DNA of 35,323 bases, from the NCBI GenBank assembly GCA_027451365.1, contig DAIDJN010000023.1, forward strand, positions 1-35,323, written 5' to 3'. The position numbers were made by a program, and so were the translations under genes. This DNA comes from Phycisphaerales bacterium (GTDB taxonomy: Bacteria; Planctomycetota; Phycisphaerae; WQYP01). Below, in pieces: positions 1 through 8,213 of the stretch; position 1 is the first letter of the stretch; each line of letters starts with the position of its first letter. The notes beneath the pieces were generated by a model. That model saw only the letters and a program-made list of their open reading frames with translations, searched no databases and was not told the DNA's origin.

Positions 1-431
1 ATTTCATTGGCACCGTAGCTGGACTGTGTGTCATCATCCGTGAACCAGCGGCCGTCAGTGCCAGGCTCGATAAAAATTAACGTGTTGCCATATGCATCCG
101 TGTCATAGGCTTCCACGATATAGCCGCCGGAATTCGTCAGCGCCACCGCGCGATACAGCAAATCCTGCAGAAGGTAATACGCACCAAGCGGCAGGTCTTG
201 CGGGCTAACGACAGCCATTATGTTGACTTGAATACACTCATCAATATACGCCCCCCACACATATTGCCTGATCGGTGTATCCGTGCTGCCGCTGCCCCGG
301 CGGCCGCAACTAACGCTCTGTGTCCTCGGTGATCTCTGTGGCTCGTCCGTTCCGCCAAACCAATACGCATATCGCCCGCCTGGCCGCTGGGGACCAATCG
401 CGTTTTCTATGCAATCCGCATTCCTGACCAT
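1..431 (-). pseudogene. Orphan RHS-core fragment, running off the left edge; not in the supplied ORF track
   Basis: Manual translation of the minus strand, open from ATG at 431 to the edge: ...TDTPIRQYVWGAYIDECIQ...YYLLQDLLYRAVALTNSGGYIVEAYDTDAYGNTLIFIEPGTDGRWFTDDDTQSSYGANE. This resembles the segment just before an RHS repeat-associated core. RHS-like sequence spans about 1-285; the ~50 upstream codons look unrelated. Confidence 0.8.
316..342. repeat. Imperfect 3 x 9-bp tandem repeat (ctctgtgtc ctcggtgat ctctgtggc)
   Basis: Read directly from the sequence; lies just upstream of where RHS similarity begins. Confidence 0.55.
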
Positions 432-685
432 TTTACGGCCCCGTTTGAACCACAATCACCACGCCGCGAACCCGGCATACCCATTTGCAATGCCCTGTTT
501 ATACCCCTCTACCATCCCCAACGCAAGAAAAATCACTTGCCAAAATCAATTCTCACGATCACTGGATTCGACGCTTACCCTGATTCCGCTTGTGGGACTT
601 GGTCCGACGCAACAGGATTGGACCACAACGCCCTTCAAGGCGCCCCTGGGAAGCAACACCCCTTGTCGATAGTTATACGGGCCAT

Positions 686-1012
686 CTATATCGTGTTACC
701 CTGTGATCCCTCCGCCAATTTTGACGCAATACCCGAAAGAAGCCCGATATCGGCACGCAATCGCCGACTATAGCGCGACTGTAATAGAATAACGAAACAG
801 GCCGCCAAATAGAGATAGGTAACGAACGGGGGTGTCGTCGGCAACACACCCGGTAGGCCCATAACCATTAAAGCCACAACGATAAATAAATCGTAAGCGA
901 GCAGAAGCCTCGACCCTCCCAAAGGGCGCCTTAAGTATTTCTTTCGGCACCGGGCCAACACTTCGCGGTCAGCATCCGACAAGAGCGGTACTGGTTTAGG
1001 TAGCTCTGACAT
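686..1012 (-). CDS. Small two-TM membrane protein, candidate immunity protein of the upstream RHS toxin
   Basis: 108 aa. AAGGA ribosome-binding site before the ATG. Two hydrophobic segments (LLLAYDLFIVVALMVMGL; FVTYLYLAACFVILL). Co-oriented and directly downstream of the RHS C-terminal domain. Confidence 0.6.
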   Translation of the reverse strand: MSELPKPVPLLSDADREVLARCRKKYLRRPLGGSRLLLAYDLFIVVALMVMGLPGVLPTTPPFVTYLYLAACFVILLQSRYSRRLRADIGLLSGIASKLAEGSQGNTI

Positions 1013-1134
1013 ATTGATATTCCTTCATGAAATATACCCTTGACAAGCATCGCAGGCTCCGCTGCGGCAAAGATCCTTGCCGGTCAGGGGAACCGAGGCT
1101 AATCGAAATCCGCCTGACCCATGGTTGTTTTAAT

Positions 1135-1974
1135 CTAGGGTGTTGGCATCGGGACAGGCGGGCCGTCTGGCACCCACCTTGTCCTAGCCCCTTGGTATTC
1201 GATTTCGGTAAACGACTTGGGCCTACCATCCGGGAAATGCACCTCCCAAAGGTTTATCAGATCAATATATCCGAGGTAAAAGGATATCGCTCGCCCGGGC
1301 TCGCCGAGCCCACCGAAGACCGGGAAGGTGTCCGCACCGGCTGCGAATCCGTCACCGAAACGTTTCGTCCGCGAAAAGCTGAACCTTGTTGAGGTATAGA
1401 TATTCTGCGTTTGCTTGACCCATTTTTGCCAGAGCGGAGGGCAGGTCGTGACAGAAACAGTATACTTGGTTTCCCCCGGAATTGCCGTCCATTTCCCAAA
1501 GCTCTTTGTGGTCGCGCCCTGATGCAAATCCCAGCCAAAAGTCTCCGCAAGTTTACCTCTGGGGACGGTCGGCAATACGTCCGCCGGAAAGGGACCAGGT
1601 GGCCTCGTCGGGATCAGCCCCCACGGATCCACCATCCCTACCGGACCGCTTTCCACATACTCATACAGATTAATCCCGCCTGCATACCCGATTGGATCAC
1701 GTTGAATCCAACGGCCAAGCACCGGGTTATGCGTCCGATTGCGGACGTAATAAAGCTGCGTTTCTGGATCGAAGCGGTAGCCGCAATAGATTATTTCATT
1801 GGCACAGGAGGTATTGGAGGAACTGGAGGTATCGCGGTGGCTACGGGCAGGCAGGATTTCTGCGGTCCGGTGACCAGGAGATTTTCCGGTCTGCCAAGAC
1901 TCATTGCGCCAGCGGCCGCAACTTCGCGGCTTGGTGCCGTGGTGGCGAACAAATTGTTTATCCAGCGCGACCAT
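1135..1974 (-). CDS. Orphan RHS repeat-associated core plus C-terminal putative toxin domain
   Basis: YCGYRFDPETQLYYVRNRTHNPVLGRWIQRDPIGYAGGINLYEYVESGPVGMVDPWG is a canonical RHS core ending in PxxxxDPxG, followed by a 159-aa extension (1614-1135). RHS similarity starts near 1805. The start codon is uncertain and the YD-repeat cage is missing. Confidence 0.85.
   Translation of the reverse strand: MVALDKQFVRHHGTKPRSCGRWRNESWQTGKSPGHRTAEILPARSHRDTSSSSNTSCANEIIYCGYRFDPETQLYYVRNRTHNPVLGRWIQRDPIGYAGGINLYEYVESGPVGMVDPWGLIPTRPPGPFPADVLPTVPRGKLAETFGWDLHQGATTKSFGKWTAIPGETKYTVSVTTCPPLWQKWVKQTQNIYTSTRFSFSRTKRFGDGFAAGADTFPVFGGLGEPGRAISFYLGYIDLINLWEVHFPDGRPKSFTEIEYQGARTRWVPDGPPVPMPTP
1806..1832. repeat. 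Imperfect 3 x 9-bp tandem repeat (aggaggtat tggaggaac tggaggtat)
   Basis: Read directly from the sequence; abuts the base at which identity with the other RHS copy ends (1805). Confidence 0.55.
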
Positions 1975-2420
1975 AAACTGCCCTGAGAAAGGCCGACCTT
2001 ACCTTGGTGCCTAAATCATAACGTCGCCAGTTGCTGTGTGCCAAGCCAATGCACGTTCTTTGCCGTCCATTCATCCGATACCCTCGGCTCACGGCCCATA
2101 CGGAGTAAAAGGAAGCGCAGTACCCCAGTATTCAAGTGAAGCGGTTCGTTCAAGGCGGGCGATGCATTGCCAGTTCGTTTGAGACCGCCGGGGTGGCCGG
2201 TGTGTTGCGCCCGCCGCCATTATCGACCACGTTCACCTTTATAACGGTTACGTACGAACACGCCGGTTCGCCAAATCCGGAAGAACCGCGCCCCGCAGCA
2301 ATGGCCACAGCGGCACCCCCGCAAGCCCGCACATTATCAGGCTACCCTTGCACAGGCCGCGTGACCGTTTTATATTGCGCACCAATCAGTAGCGTTTTGC
2401 ACCTGTCCAAAGGAAAAGAT

Positions 2421-3641
2421 ATGAAACGTTTAATCCCCGTCCGCACGGCAGCATTTGTATTGGCTATATCATTGATAATACTTTGTCTGCCACAAATCGG
2501 TCACGCCGCCGCGGCCGGCACGGTTGGTGCCGGTGTGCCCCCCTTTCATGTGCGGCCTGGTTACAGGGTGACGTTAGCCGCCAAGGGGTTGCGAAACGCT
2601 CGCTTTCTCTGTTTTGGTCCGCACGGAACGCTGTTTGTGAGCGAACCGGCAATCGGCAAAATTGTCGCGTTGCGCGATCCAGATATACATGGTCTTTTTC
2701 AAAAGCGCGATACATTTATTTCAGGCTACCGAACCGTGCAGGGAATGGTGTATCGCAAAGGATGGCTCTGGTTTACCGTCAGCGGCGGAATTTACCGCGC
2801 AAAAGATGATGGCAAACCGGGAAAGGCCGCAAAAATAGTCAAAGTGCTTGGTGGCCTGCCCCATGGCGGTGGCCACTGGTGGCGAAGCCTGTGCATTCGG
2901 CACGGACACTTTTATACCAGCATCGGCGACCCGGCGAATTTCTCTGATCAAATTAAGACCGACCGGTGCAAAATCTGGGAATACAACCTGAATGGGACCG
3001 GTCGAAAGCTTTTCTGTTCTGGTCTGCGAAATACCGAAAAGCTGCTTTTCCGGCCAGGAACCGATCAACTCTGGGGATGCGATGAAGGCAGTGATCAGAT
3101 CGGGATTCCGCTCGGGGAAACCTGGCAGATGCACGCGATTACAAATAATAATCCACCGGACGAATTTAACCATTATGTGCGCGGCGCATTTTATGGTCAG
3201 CCGTTCATTACCGGCAATGACATGCCCCGCTATGAATACGTGAAGCAGTATTTTAAAACGGGCCATCCGAATCTGCCCAAATGGGCCGCCATGTGTACGA
3301 TACCGGCGTGGGATTTCGGTGCCCACTGGTCTACTGTGAGTTTCTGCTTTCTGCGGGGGAATTATTTTCCAGGTCAGGCTGGAAATGCCATTATCTGCTG
3401 TCACGGTTCATGGGACAGCATTCCGCTGGTCGGCTATCGGCTGCAAATGGTTCTATTTGATAAATGGACGGGCAAACCATATGGATCAAAATTAATCGTA
3501 TCCACCATGCATTCTGACCATAAAAGTTTCATGGCCCGGCCGGTGGATTGTGCCCAGGCTCCGGATGGAACGCTTGTGTTCAGTTCCGATTCCAACGGTT
3601 GCGTGTATCGTCTCAAATGGGTTGGCAAGACCGCAAAATAG
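2421..3641 (+). CDS. Secreted glucose/L-sorbosone dehydrogenase-family (PQQ-dependent sugar dehydrogenase-like) beta-propeller
   Basis: Start reassigned to ATG 2421 (AAGGA upstream, Sec signal MKRLIPVRTAAFVLAISLIILCL). Motifs LPHGGGHW, GLRN, PPDEFN, HGSW and RPVD...APDG are typical of the family. Confidence 0.8.
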   Translation: MKRLIPVRTAAFVLAISLIILCLPQIGHAAAAGTVGAGVPPFHVRPGYRVTLAAKGLRNARFLCFGPHGTLFVSEPAIGKIVALRDPDIHGLFQKRDTFISGYRTVQGMVYRKGWLWFTVSGGIYRAKDDGKPGKAAKIVKVLGGLPHGGGHWWRSLCIRHGHFYTSIGDPANFSDQIKTDRCKIWEYNLNGTGRKLFCSGLRNTEKLLFRPGTDQLWGCDEGSDQIGIPLGETWQMHAITNNNPPDEFNHYVRGAFYGQPFITGNDMPRYEYVKQYFKTGHPNLPKWAAMCTIPAWDFGAHWSTVSFCFLRGNYFPGQAGNAIICCHGSWDSIPLVGYRLQMVLFDKWTGKPYGSKLIVSTMHSDHKSFMARPVDCAQAPDGTLVFSSDSNGCVYRLKWVGKTAK

Positions 3642-3697
3642 CTGATTCAGCCACAGAAAGAAATTCGGCAAACCGCAATTTTTGACTGGCCGCCTCT

Positions 3698-5314
3698 TTA
3701 ATGCCGGAAATGACGTTCGCCGGTAAGCACCAGCGCCACTTTATGCTGGTCGCACAGGTCAATTGTTTCCTGATCGCGCTTTGAACCGCCCGGTTGAATG
3801 ATTGCCCGCACACCTGCGCTGATCAGCAGTTGCGGGCCATCGGCAAATGGGAAAAAAGCGTCTGATGCGGCAACCGATTGCGGCAGTTTCCCGGCATGGC
3901 CATTCTGACGGGCCAATTCCACCGCCAAACGGCAGCTTGTGACACGGCTCATCTGTCCGGCACCCGCGGCCAGCAACTGCCCACCCGCCGCCAGAGCTAT
4001 GGCATTGCTTTTCACGTGCTTGCAGGCCAGCCAGACAAATTCCATATCCGCCCACTGTGCATCTGTTGGCGCAACTTTGGAAACCACGCGACAGGCTTCC
4101 TTATTGAATCCGCGCATATCCGTCTCTTGCACCAGCATCCCACCCGCCACACTTCGGAAATCTAACCTGTGGGCAGGAACCGCATTTGCCGGTCCGGTGG
4201 CAAGCAGCCGACAATCCGCCCAGCGGCTTTGCAGCATGGCCAGTGCCGCGGGCTGGAAATCGGGCGCAATCAGAACCTCTAAAAATCGCTTGCCCTGAAC
4301 AATGCTTTGGGCGGTCGGAACATCCACCGACCGGTTCAAAGCCACAATGCCGCCGAAAGCCGCTATCGGATCGCCGGCGTAAGCCAGATCAAATGCTTCC
4401 GCCGGGGAATCTGCGGTGGCACAGCCACAGGGGTTGGCATGTTTAATAACAGCCGCGGCCGGCCTGGTGAACTCGCGCACCAGCCCCAGGGCGGCGTCCG
4501 CGTCCAGCAGGTTAATCCAGGAAAGTTCCTTACCATGCAATTGTCTGGCGGCGGCAACGCCTTCTGGCGGCCGCGATGCCGCGTAGAAAGCTCCGCGCTG
4601 ATGCGGGTTTTCACCATAGCGCAATAACTGAACGCGGCTTAAATCCGCGATTAACTGCGGAGTCAGGCCTGCAAGCTCGGCGGATTCCGGATTCTTGGAT
4701 GCAAAATAATGCCGCGATATATACGCATGAATCGCCGCGTCATATTGTGCCGTGCGACCGAAAGCCCACATGGCCAGATCCAGGCGAAACGCATGGGTTG
4801 TGCCCCCCTTGTGGGCACGCATGATATTCAGCAATTTTTCATATTGAATCGGATCCGTGACGACGGCCACACTGCGATGGTTTTTGGAAGCGGATCGAAC
4901 CATTGCCGGACCGCCAATATCAATATTTTCAACCGCATGATCAAACGGGCACGCGGGATCGGCGGTAACTTTTTCAAACGGATACAAATTCACCACCAGC
5001 AGATCAATCGGTGAGATGCCATGGTTCCGCATCGCCTGCTGATGTGACGGAGCGTCGCGCAGCGCCAGAAGTCCACCATGCACGGCCGGATGGAGGGTTT
5101 TAACCCGGCCATCCATCATTTCCGGAAAGCCGGTCAGATCCGCCACATCGCGGACGGGCAAACCCGCCTCCTGAATCGCCCGTGCGGTACCACCCGTTGA
5201 AACAAGCTCCACATTAAATTCCCGCACCAGCGCGGTCGCAAGCTCCACCAGGCCAGATTTGTCAGAAAGGCTTAAAAGGGCGCGGCGAACAGGCACAATG
5301 TCGGGGGAATCCAT
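3698..5314 (-). CDS. purH: Bifunctional AICAR transformylase / IMP cyclohydrolase
   Basis: RRALLSLSDK, STGGT, GRVKTLHP, ENIDIGGP, LRYGENPHQ, KHANPCG, KSNAI, ASDAFFPF and the C-terminal RHFRH. Confidence 0.98.
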   Translation of the reverse strand: MDSPDIVPVRRALLSLSDKSGLVELATALVREFNVELVSTGGTARAIQEAGLPVRDVADLTGFPEMMDGRVKTLHPAVHGGLLALRDAPSHQQAMRNHGISPIDLLVVNLYPFEKVTADPACPFDHAVENIDIGGPAMVRSASKNHRSVAVVTDPIQYEKLLNIMRAHKGGTTHAFRLDLAMWAFGRTAQYDAAIHAYISRHYFASKNPESAELAGLTPQLIADLSRVQLLRYGENPHQRGAFYAASRPPEGVAAARQLHGKELSWINLLDADAALGLVREFTRPAAAVIKHANPCGCATADSPAEAFDLAYAGDPIAAFGGIVALNRSVDVPTAQSIVQGKRFLEVLIAPDFQPAALAMLQSRWADCRLLATGPANAVPAHRLDFRSVAGGMLVQETDMRGFNKEACRVVSKVAPTDAQWADMEFVWLACKHVKSNAIALAAGGQLLAAGAGQMSRVTSCRLAVELARQNGHAGKLPQSVAASDAFFPFADGPQLLISAGVRAIIQPGGSKRDQETIDLCDQHKVALVLTGERHFRH

Positions 5315-5537
5315 CGTTAAAATCCGTTATTAAAGTAACAGGCGGGAATGTCCCGAAAAGTCGAACAGGCGCCAAGTTTTCGGCGATTGGCCGCAATTCT
5401 GGCCAAGTGGCGGCAGGCAGCATTGTCGAAGCGCAAAACATTTGCCGGGCGATGCGCTTATGAATTGTGCGGTATCACTCCGACACGGCAATGTATTGCA
5501 GGCAAGCCGTCGGGATGCCGCACAGTTGTCGAGCGGG

Positions 5538-6686
5538 TTACCACTGCCGTCGAGGTTTAATTGCCGCGACACGACCATACTTAGACGCAACAAAAATTGT
5601 CGGCGTGGTCGCGTTGTATGCGAAAAATTTTGCGCCGTTTAATACCGCACTATCCGTAACCCGGCCGGAGCCAATGTTGATCATCTTCAGATTACCTGAA
5701 ACGGTGGACGCATAAATTGTGGCACCCTTCCGCGCGACAATGCGCGCAACGCCCGGTACCGGGCCCCACAGAATTTTTCCATTGCTGGAATTCAGGCTGA
5801 ATAAGCCCTTTCCACCGGTGATGATAAGCAGCTTCTTTCCGGAGATTCCCGCACGGTGCGCCAAGATACCAGGCAAATGCCGTACCCATGGTGAAACACC
5901 GGATTGGGGGTCCACGGCGTAAAGATTATTATCCAGACAGGGAACAAAGGCCAGAGAATCATTGGCCGTAAGCGGGGCACGAATGCCGCCTTCCAGGGTG
6001 CGCTTCCAGCCATGATTTCCGTCAGTCGGAATACGGCCCCAAAGATAGCCGAGCCGCGAACCAAATATAACCGTGGAACTCGCCACCACCGGCGTGGAAA
6101 TATAGGAGTCGCCCGGCGAATCTTCCGTCCATTCAGGAAAGAAAGGCGGAACGGCGGAAAGGGCATTGAACCCTTCGTTCAGCGAACCAATCAGCAGGCG
6201 GCTTCCCGGTATCAGCACCGGATATGTGCCGGGTGGAAAAGGCAGTTTGGCCTGAGTTTGGGTAGCGCCTGTGCGCGTATTAAGGTAGTGGGCCGCGCTG
6301 CTGGAAAGGATAATAATCTGGTGCGGGCCGGAAACGACCGGTCGCGATATTGCCGCATTCATGCCATGAATCTGCCGTGTCCAGCGGACTGTGCCGTTAG
6401 ATGCGTCAATGGCCACGATGTAGCTCTTGCTGGTAAGTACATACAACATATCTCCGACGTGCCAGAGATTCACGACATGGTCACGATTGGATGACGAGAG
6501 TCCGATGGGCGTCTGCCAGCGCAACTGCAGGTTCGCCGCGCTGGCGGTGGCCCGCGAAAGAAGCGGCACCGCATAGGCTTTACCCGTTGCCGCCCGACAA
6601 ACCGCGGATGCCAGCAGCACCACGGCAATACACGCAACCCCGGAAAACCACCGTGGCATAACACTTCTGGCATTGGAACGCTTCAT
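5538..6686 (-). CDS. Exported PQQ-like beta-propeller repeat protein (BamB-like)
   Basis: Start reassigned to ATG 6686 (GAGGAG upstream); signal peptide; repeated AxD/NxxxGxxxW blade motifs (AIDASNGTVRW, AVDPQSGVSPW, SLNSSNGKILW). Confidence 0.75.
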   Translation of the reverse strand: MKRSNARSVMPRWFSGVACIAVVLLASAVCRAATGKAYAVPLLSRATASAANLQLRWQTPIGLSSSNRDHVVNLWHVGDMLYVLTSKSYIVAIDASNGTVRWTRQIHGMNAAISRPVVSGPHQIIILSSSAAHYLNTRTGATQTQAKLPFPPGTYPVLIPGSRLLIGSLNEGFNALSAVPPFFPEWTEDSPGDSYISTPVVASSTVIFGSRLGYLWGRIPTDGNHGWKRTLEGGIRAPLTANDSLAFVPCLDNNLYAVDPQSGVSPWVRHLPGILAHRAGISGKKLLIITGGKGLFSLNSSNGKILWGPVPGVARIVARKGATIYASTVSGNLKMINIGSGRVTDSAVLNGAKFFAYNATTPTIFVASKYGRVAAIKPRRQW

Positions 6687-6973
6687 TGAACACTCCTCGC
6701 AGCATGAACGTATGTATACGACCGAACGTTTCTGGCCGGCATCCGTGCGGGCCAACGCACCCTTGCTCGCACCCTTCATGATACGCCGCTATCTTACGGT
6801 TGTTAGCGGCAGGGTCAACAATGGCATCCGCGCCATGGAAGACTTTTCCATCAGCGGGTATCATAACCGAAGTTTTCGGACCCGGATAGGATTCCGACCG
6901 CCCGTCAGGCGGCTCGCTTTGGCGACGCCGATTCGCGGAAAATGTGTCGCCCGTGCATAAAGGAAAGTCATTT

Positions 6974-8095
6974 ATGGCCAATCATACGCAACTCTCCACG
7001 CGATTCATCGCCCGTCCCACGCGCTTATTGCTGGCCGCAGCGGCAGTCGTTTCAGCAACGGTGGGCCGCAATCCGGTGTGTCATGCGGCTCCAGCCACAG
7101 CGCCAGCAGCGCCGGCTAATCTGCTTAATTTGCCCTATTCGGTCACGCCGGCCTATGTCAGCAAGGGAAAGCCCGCGCTGGCGGTCATTAACGGAGAACG
7201 GTTAAGTGAAAAGAAATTCATTAACTCGCTGATCCTGCTTAATGGTGTCCCGCTGTTTCAGAAGTGGATGCAATTGACGCTCCTTAAACAGGCCTGCGAC
7301 AAAGCCGGTCTGATGGTTGGGCCTGCGCAGATTCAGGACCAGTTGGATATCGCTATAAATTCGCTCGCCGCGGACAATGTTCCGGTCAATGAACGCCTGC
7401 CCGTTCTGGCCAAACTGCTCGCCCAGCGCGGCGAAAATCTACTGACCTTCAAAATGGATCTTGAACGCAATGCCTACATTCTGGCCCTGGCGCATGGGCA
7501 CGTTCATGTTACGGAAAAGGAAATTAAGCTGGCTTATGAAGTTAAGCTTGGCCCCAAAATTGAAGTTCGGGACATCGTGGTTAAGAATTTTGAGGACGCG
7601 GCCACCGTGCGCCATCTGATTATGGATAAGCATATCAGCGCCGCCGTGGTTGCAGCCAAATACAGCGTGGACCGACAGACCGCTGTCAAGGGCGGCCTGG
7701 AACTGATTCCGATTAAAGATTCAACGCTGCCATCGCTGTTTCTAAGTACGGCTCGTGAATTGCGCAAAGGGCATTTGTCGCCGGCAATTCCGCTGGGCAA
7801 TGCGTATCATTTGCTGTGGCTGGTCAAGAAAATTCCCGCCAGCAAGATTCCGCTGTCCAAAGTGCACGACGCGCTGAAGGCGGATCTGACCCGCACGCTG
7901 GAACTCCAGTGGGGTCGCCGCGAGCTAGCCCGCCTTATGCTGGCCGCCAAGGTCAAAATTGACAATCCGACGCTGGATCGCGAATGGTCCCAGATTCAGG
8001 AAGCGTATCAGGAACAGCAGAGGCTGATGCAGGATGAAGAAAAAAATGCCGGCGGAACGGTAGCCACACAGCCCGCACCCGCGCCCGCGAAATAG
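6974..8095 (+). CDS. PrsA/SurA-like foldase with a parvulin (PpiC)-type domain
   Basis: Start at ATG 6974 (AAGGA upstream); signal peptide; LAVINGERL N-terminus, helical chaperone region, and the parvulin-like AKYSVD...KGG...LRKGHLSPAI...YHLL segment. Confidence 0.75.
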   Translation: MANHTQLSTRFIARPTRLLLAAAAVVSATVGRNPVCHAAPATAPAAPANLLNLPYSVTPAYVSKGKPALAVINGERLSEKKFINSLILLNGVPLFQKWMQLTLLKQACDKAGLMVGPAQIQDQLDIAINSLAADNVPVNERLPVLAKLLAQRGENLLTFKMDLERNAYILALAHGHVHVTEKEIKLAYEVKLGPKIEVRDIVVKNFEDAATVRHLIMDKHISAAVVAAKYSVDRQTAVKGGLELIPIKDSTLPSLFLSTARELRKGHLSPAIPLGNAYHLLWLVKKIPASKIPLSKVHDALKADLTRTLELQWGRRELARLMLAAKVKIDNPTLDREWSQIQEAYQEQQRLMQDEEKNAGGTVATQPAPAPAK

Positions 8096-8110
8096 GCCGC
8101 TTCACGCAGA

Positions 8111-8145
8111 CCGATTGCCGGCACGTCCGGCGAACGGCTATTTTT
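8111..8145 (+). terminator. Possible intrinsic terminator or structured leader
   Basis: Imperfect stem ccgattgccgg-cacgt-ccggcgaacgg followed by ctattttt, 15 nt after the foldase stop codon. Confidence 0.35.
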
Positions 8146-8213
8146 CTGTGAATCGGCCAGTACGCGCGGTCCAAATTGGTTACTTCCGGTGTTTTCTTTG
8201 AGGTTATACTGCC

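Noticed and set aside
1411..1986. 191-aa plus-strand ORF and other plus-strand ORFs over 283-1976
   Set aside because: They are antisense to recognisable RHS and immunity coding sequence and show no motifs.
2136..2420. N-terminal extensions in the ORF track (also at 6687-6779, 13255-13410, 19077-19136, 21597-21986 and 34515-34619)
   Set aside because: Downstream starts have ribosome-binding sites and/or place the signal peptide or family N-terminus at residue 1.
5315..5537. Canonical ZMP/ZTP (pfl) riboswitch upstream of purH
   Set aside because: The conserved GACUGGCG and CGCCUGGGC elements are not visible on the minus strand; kept only as an unassigned structured leader.
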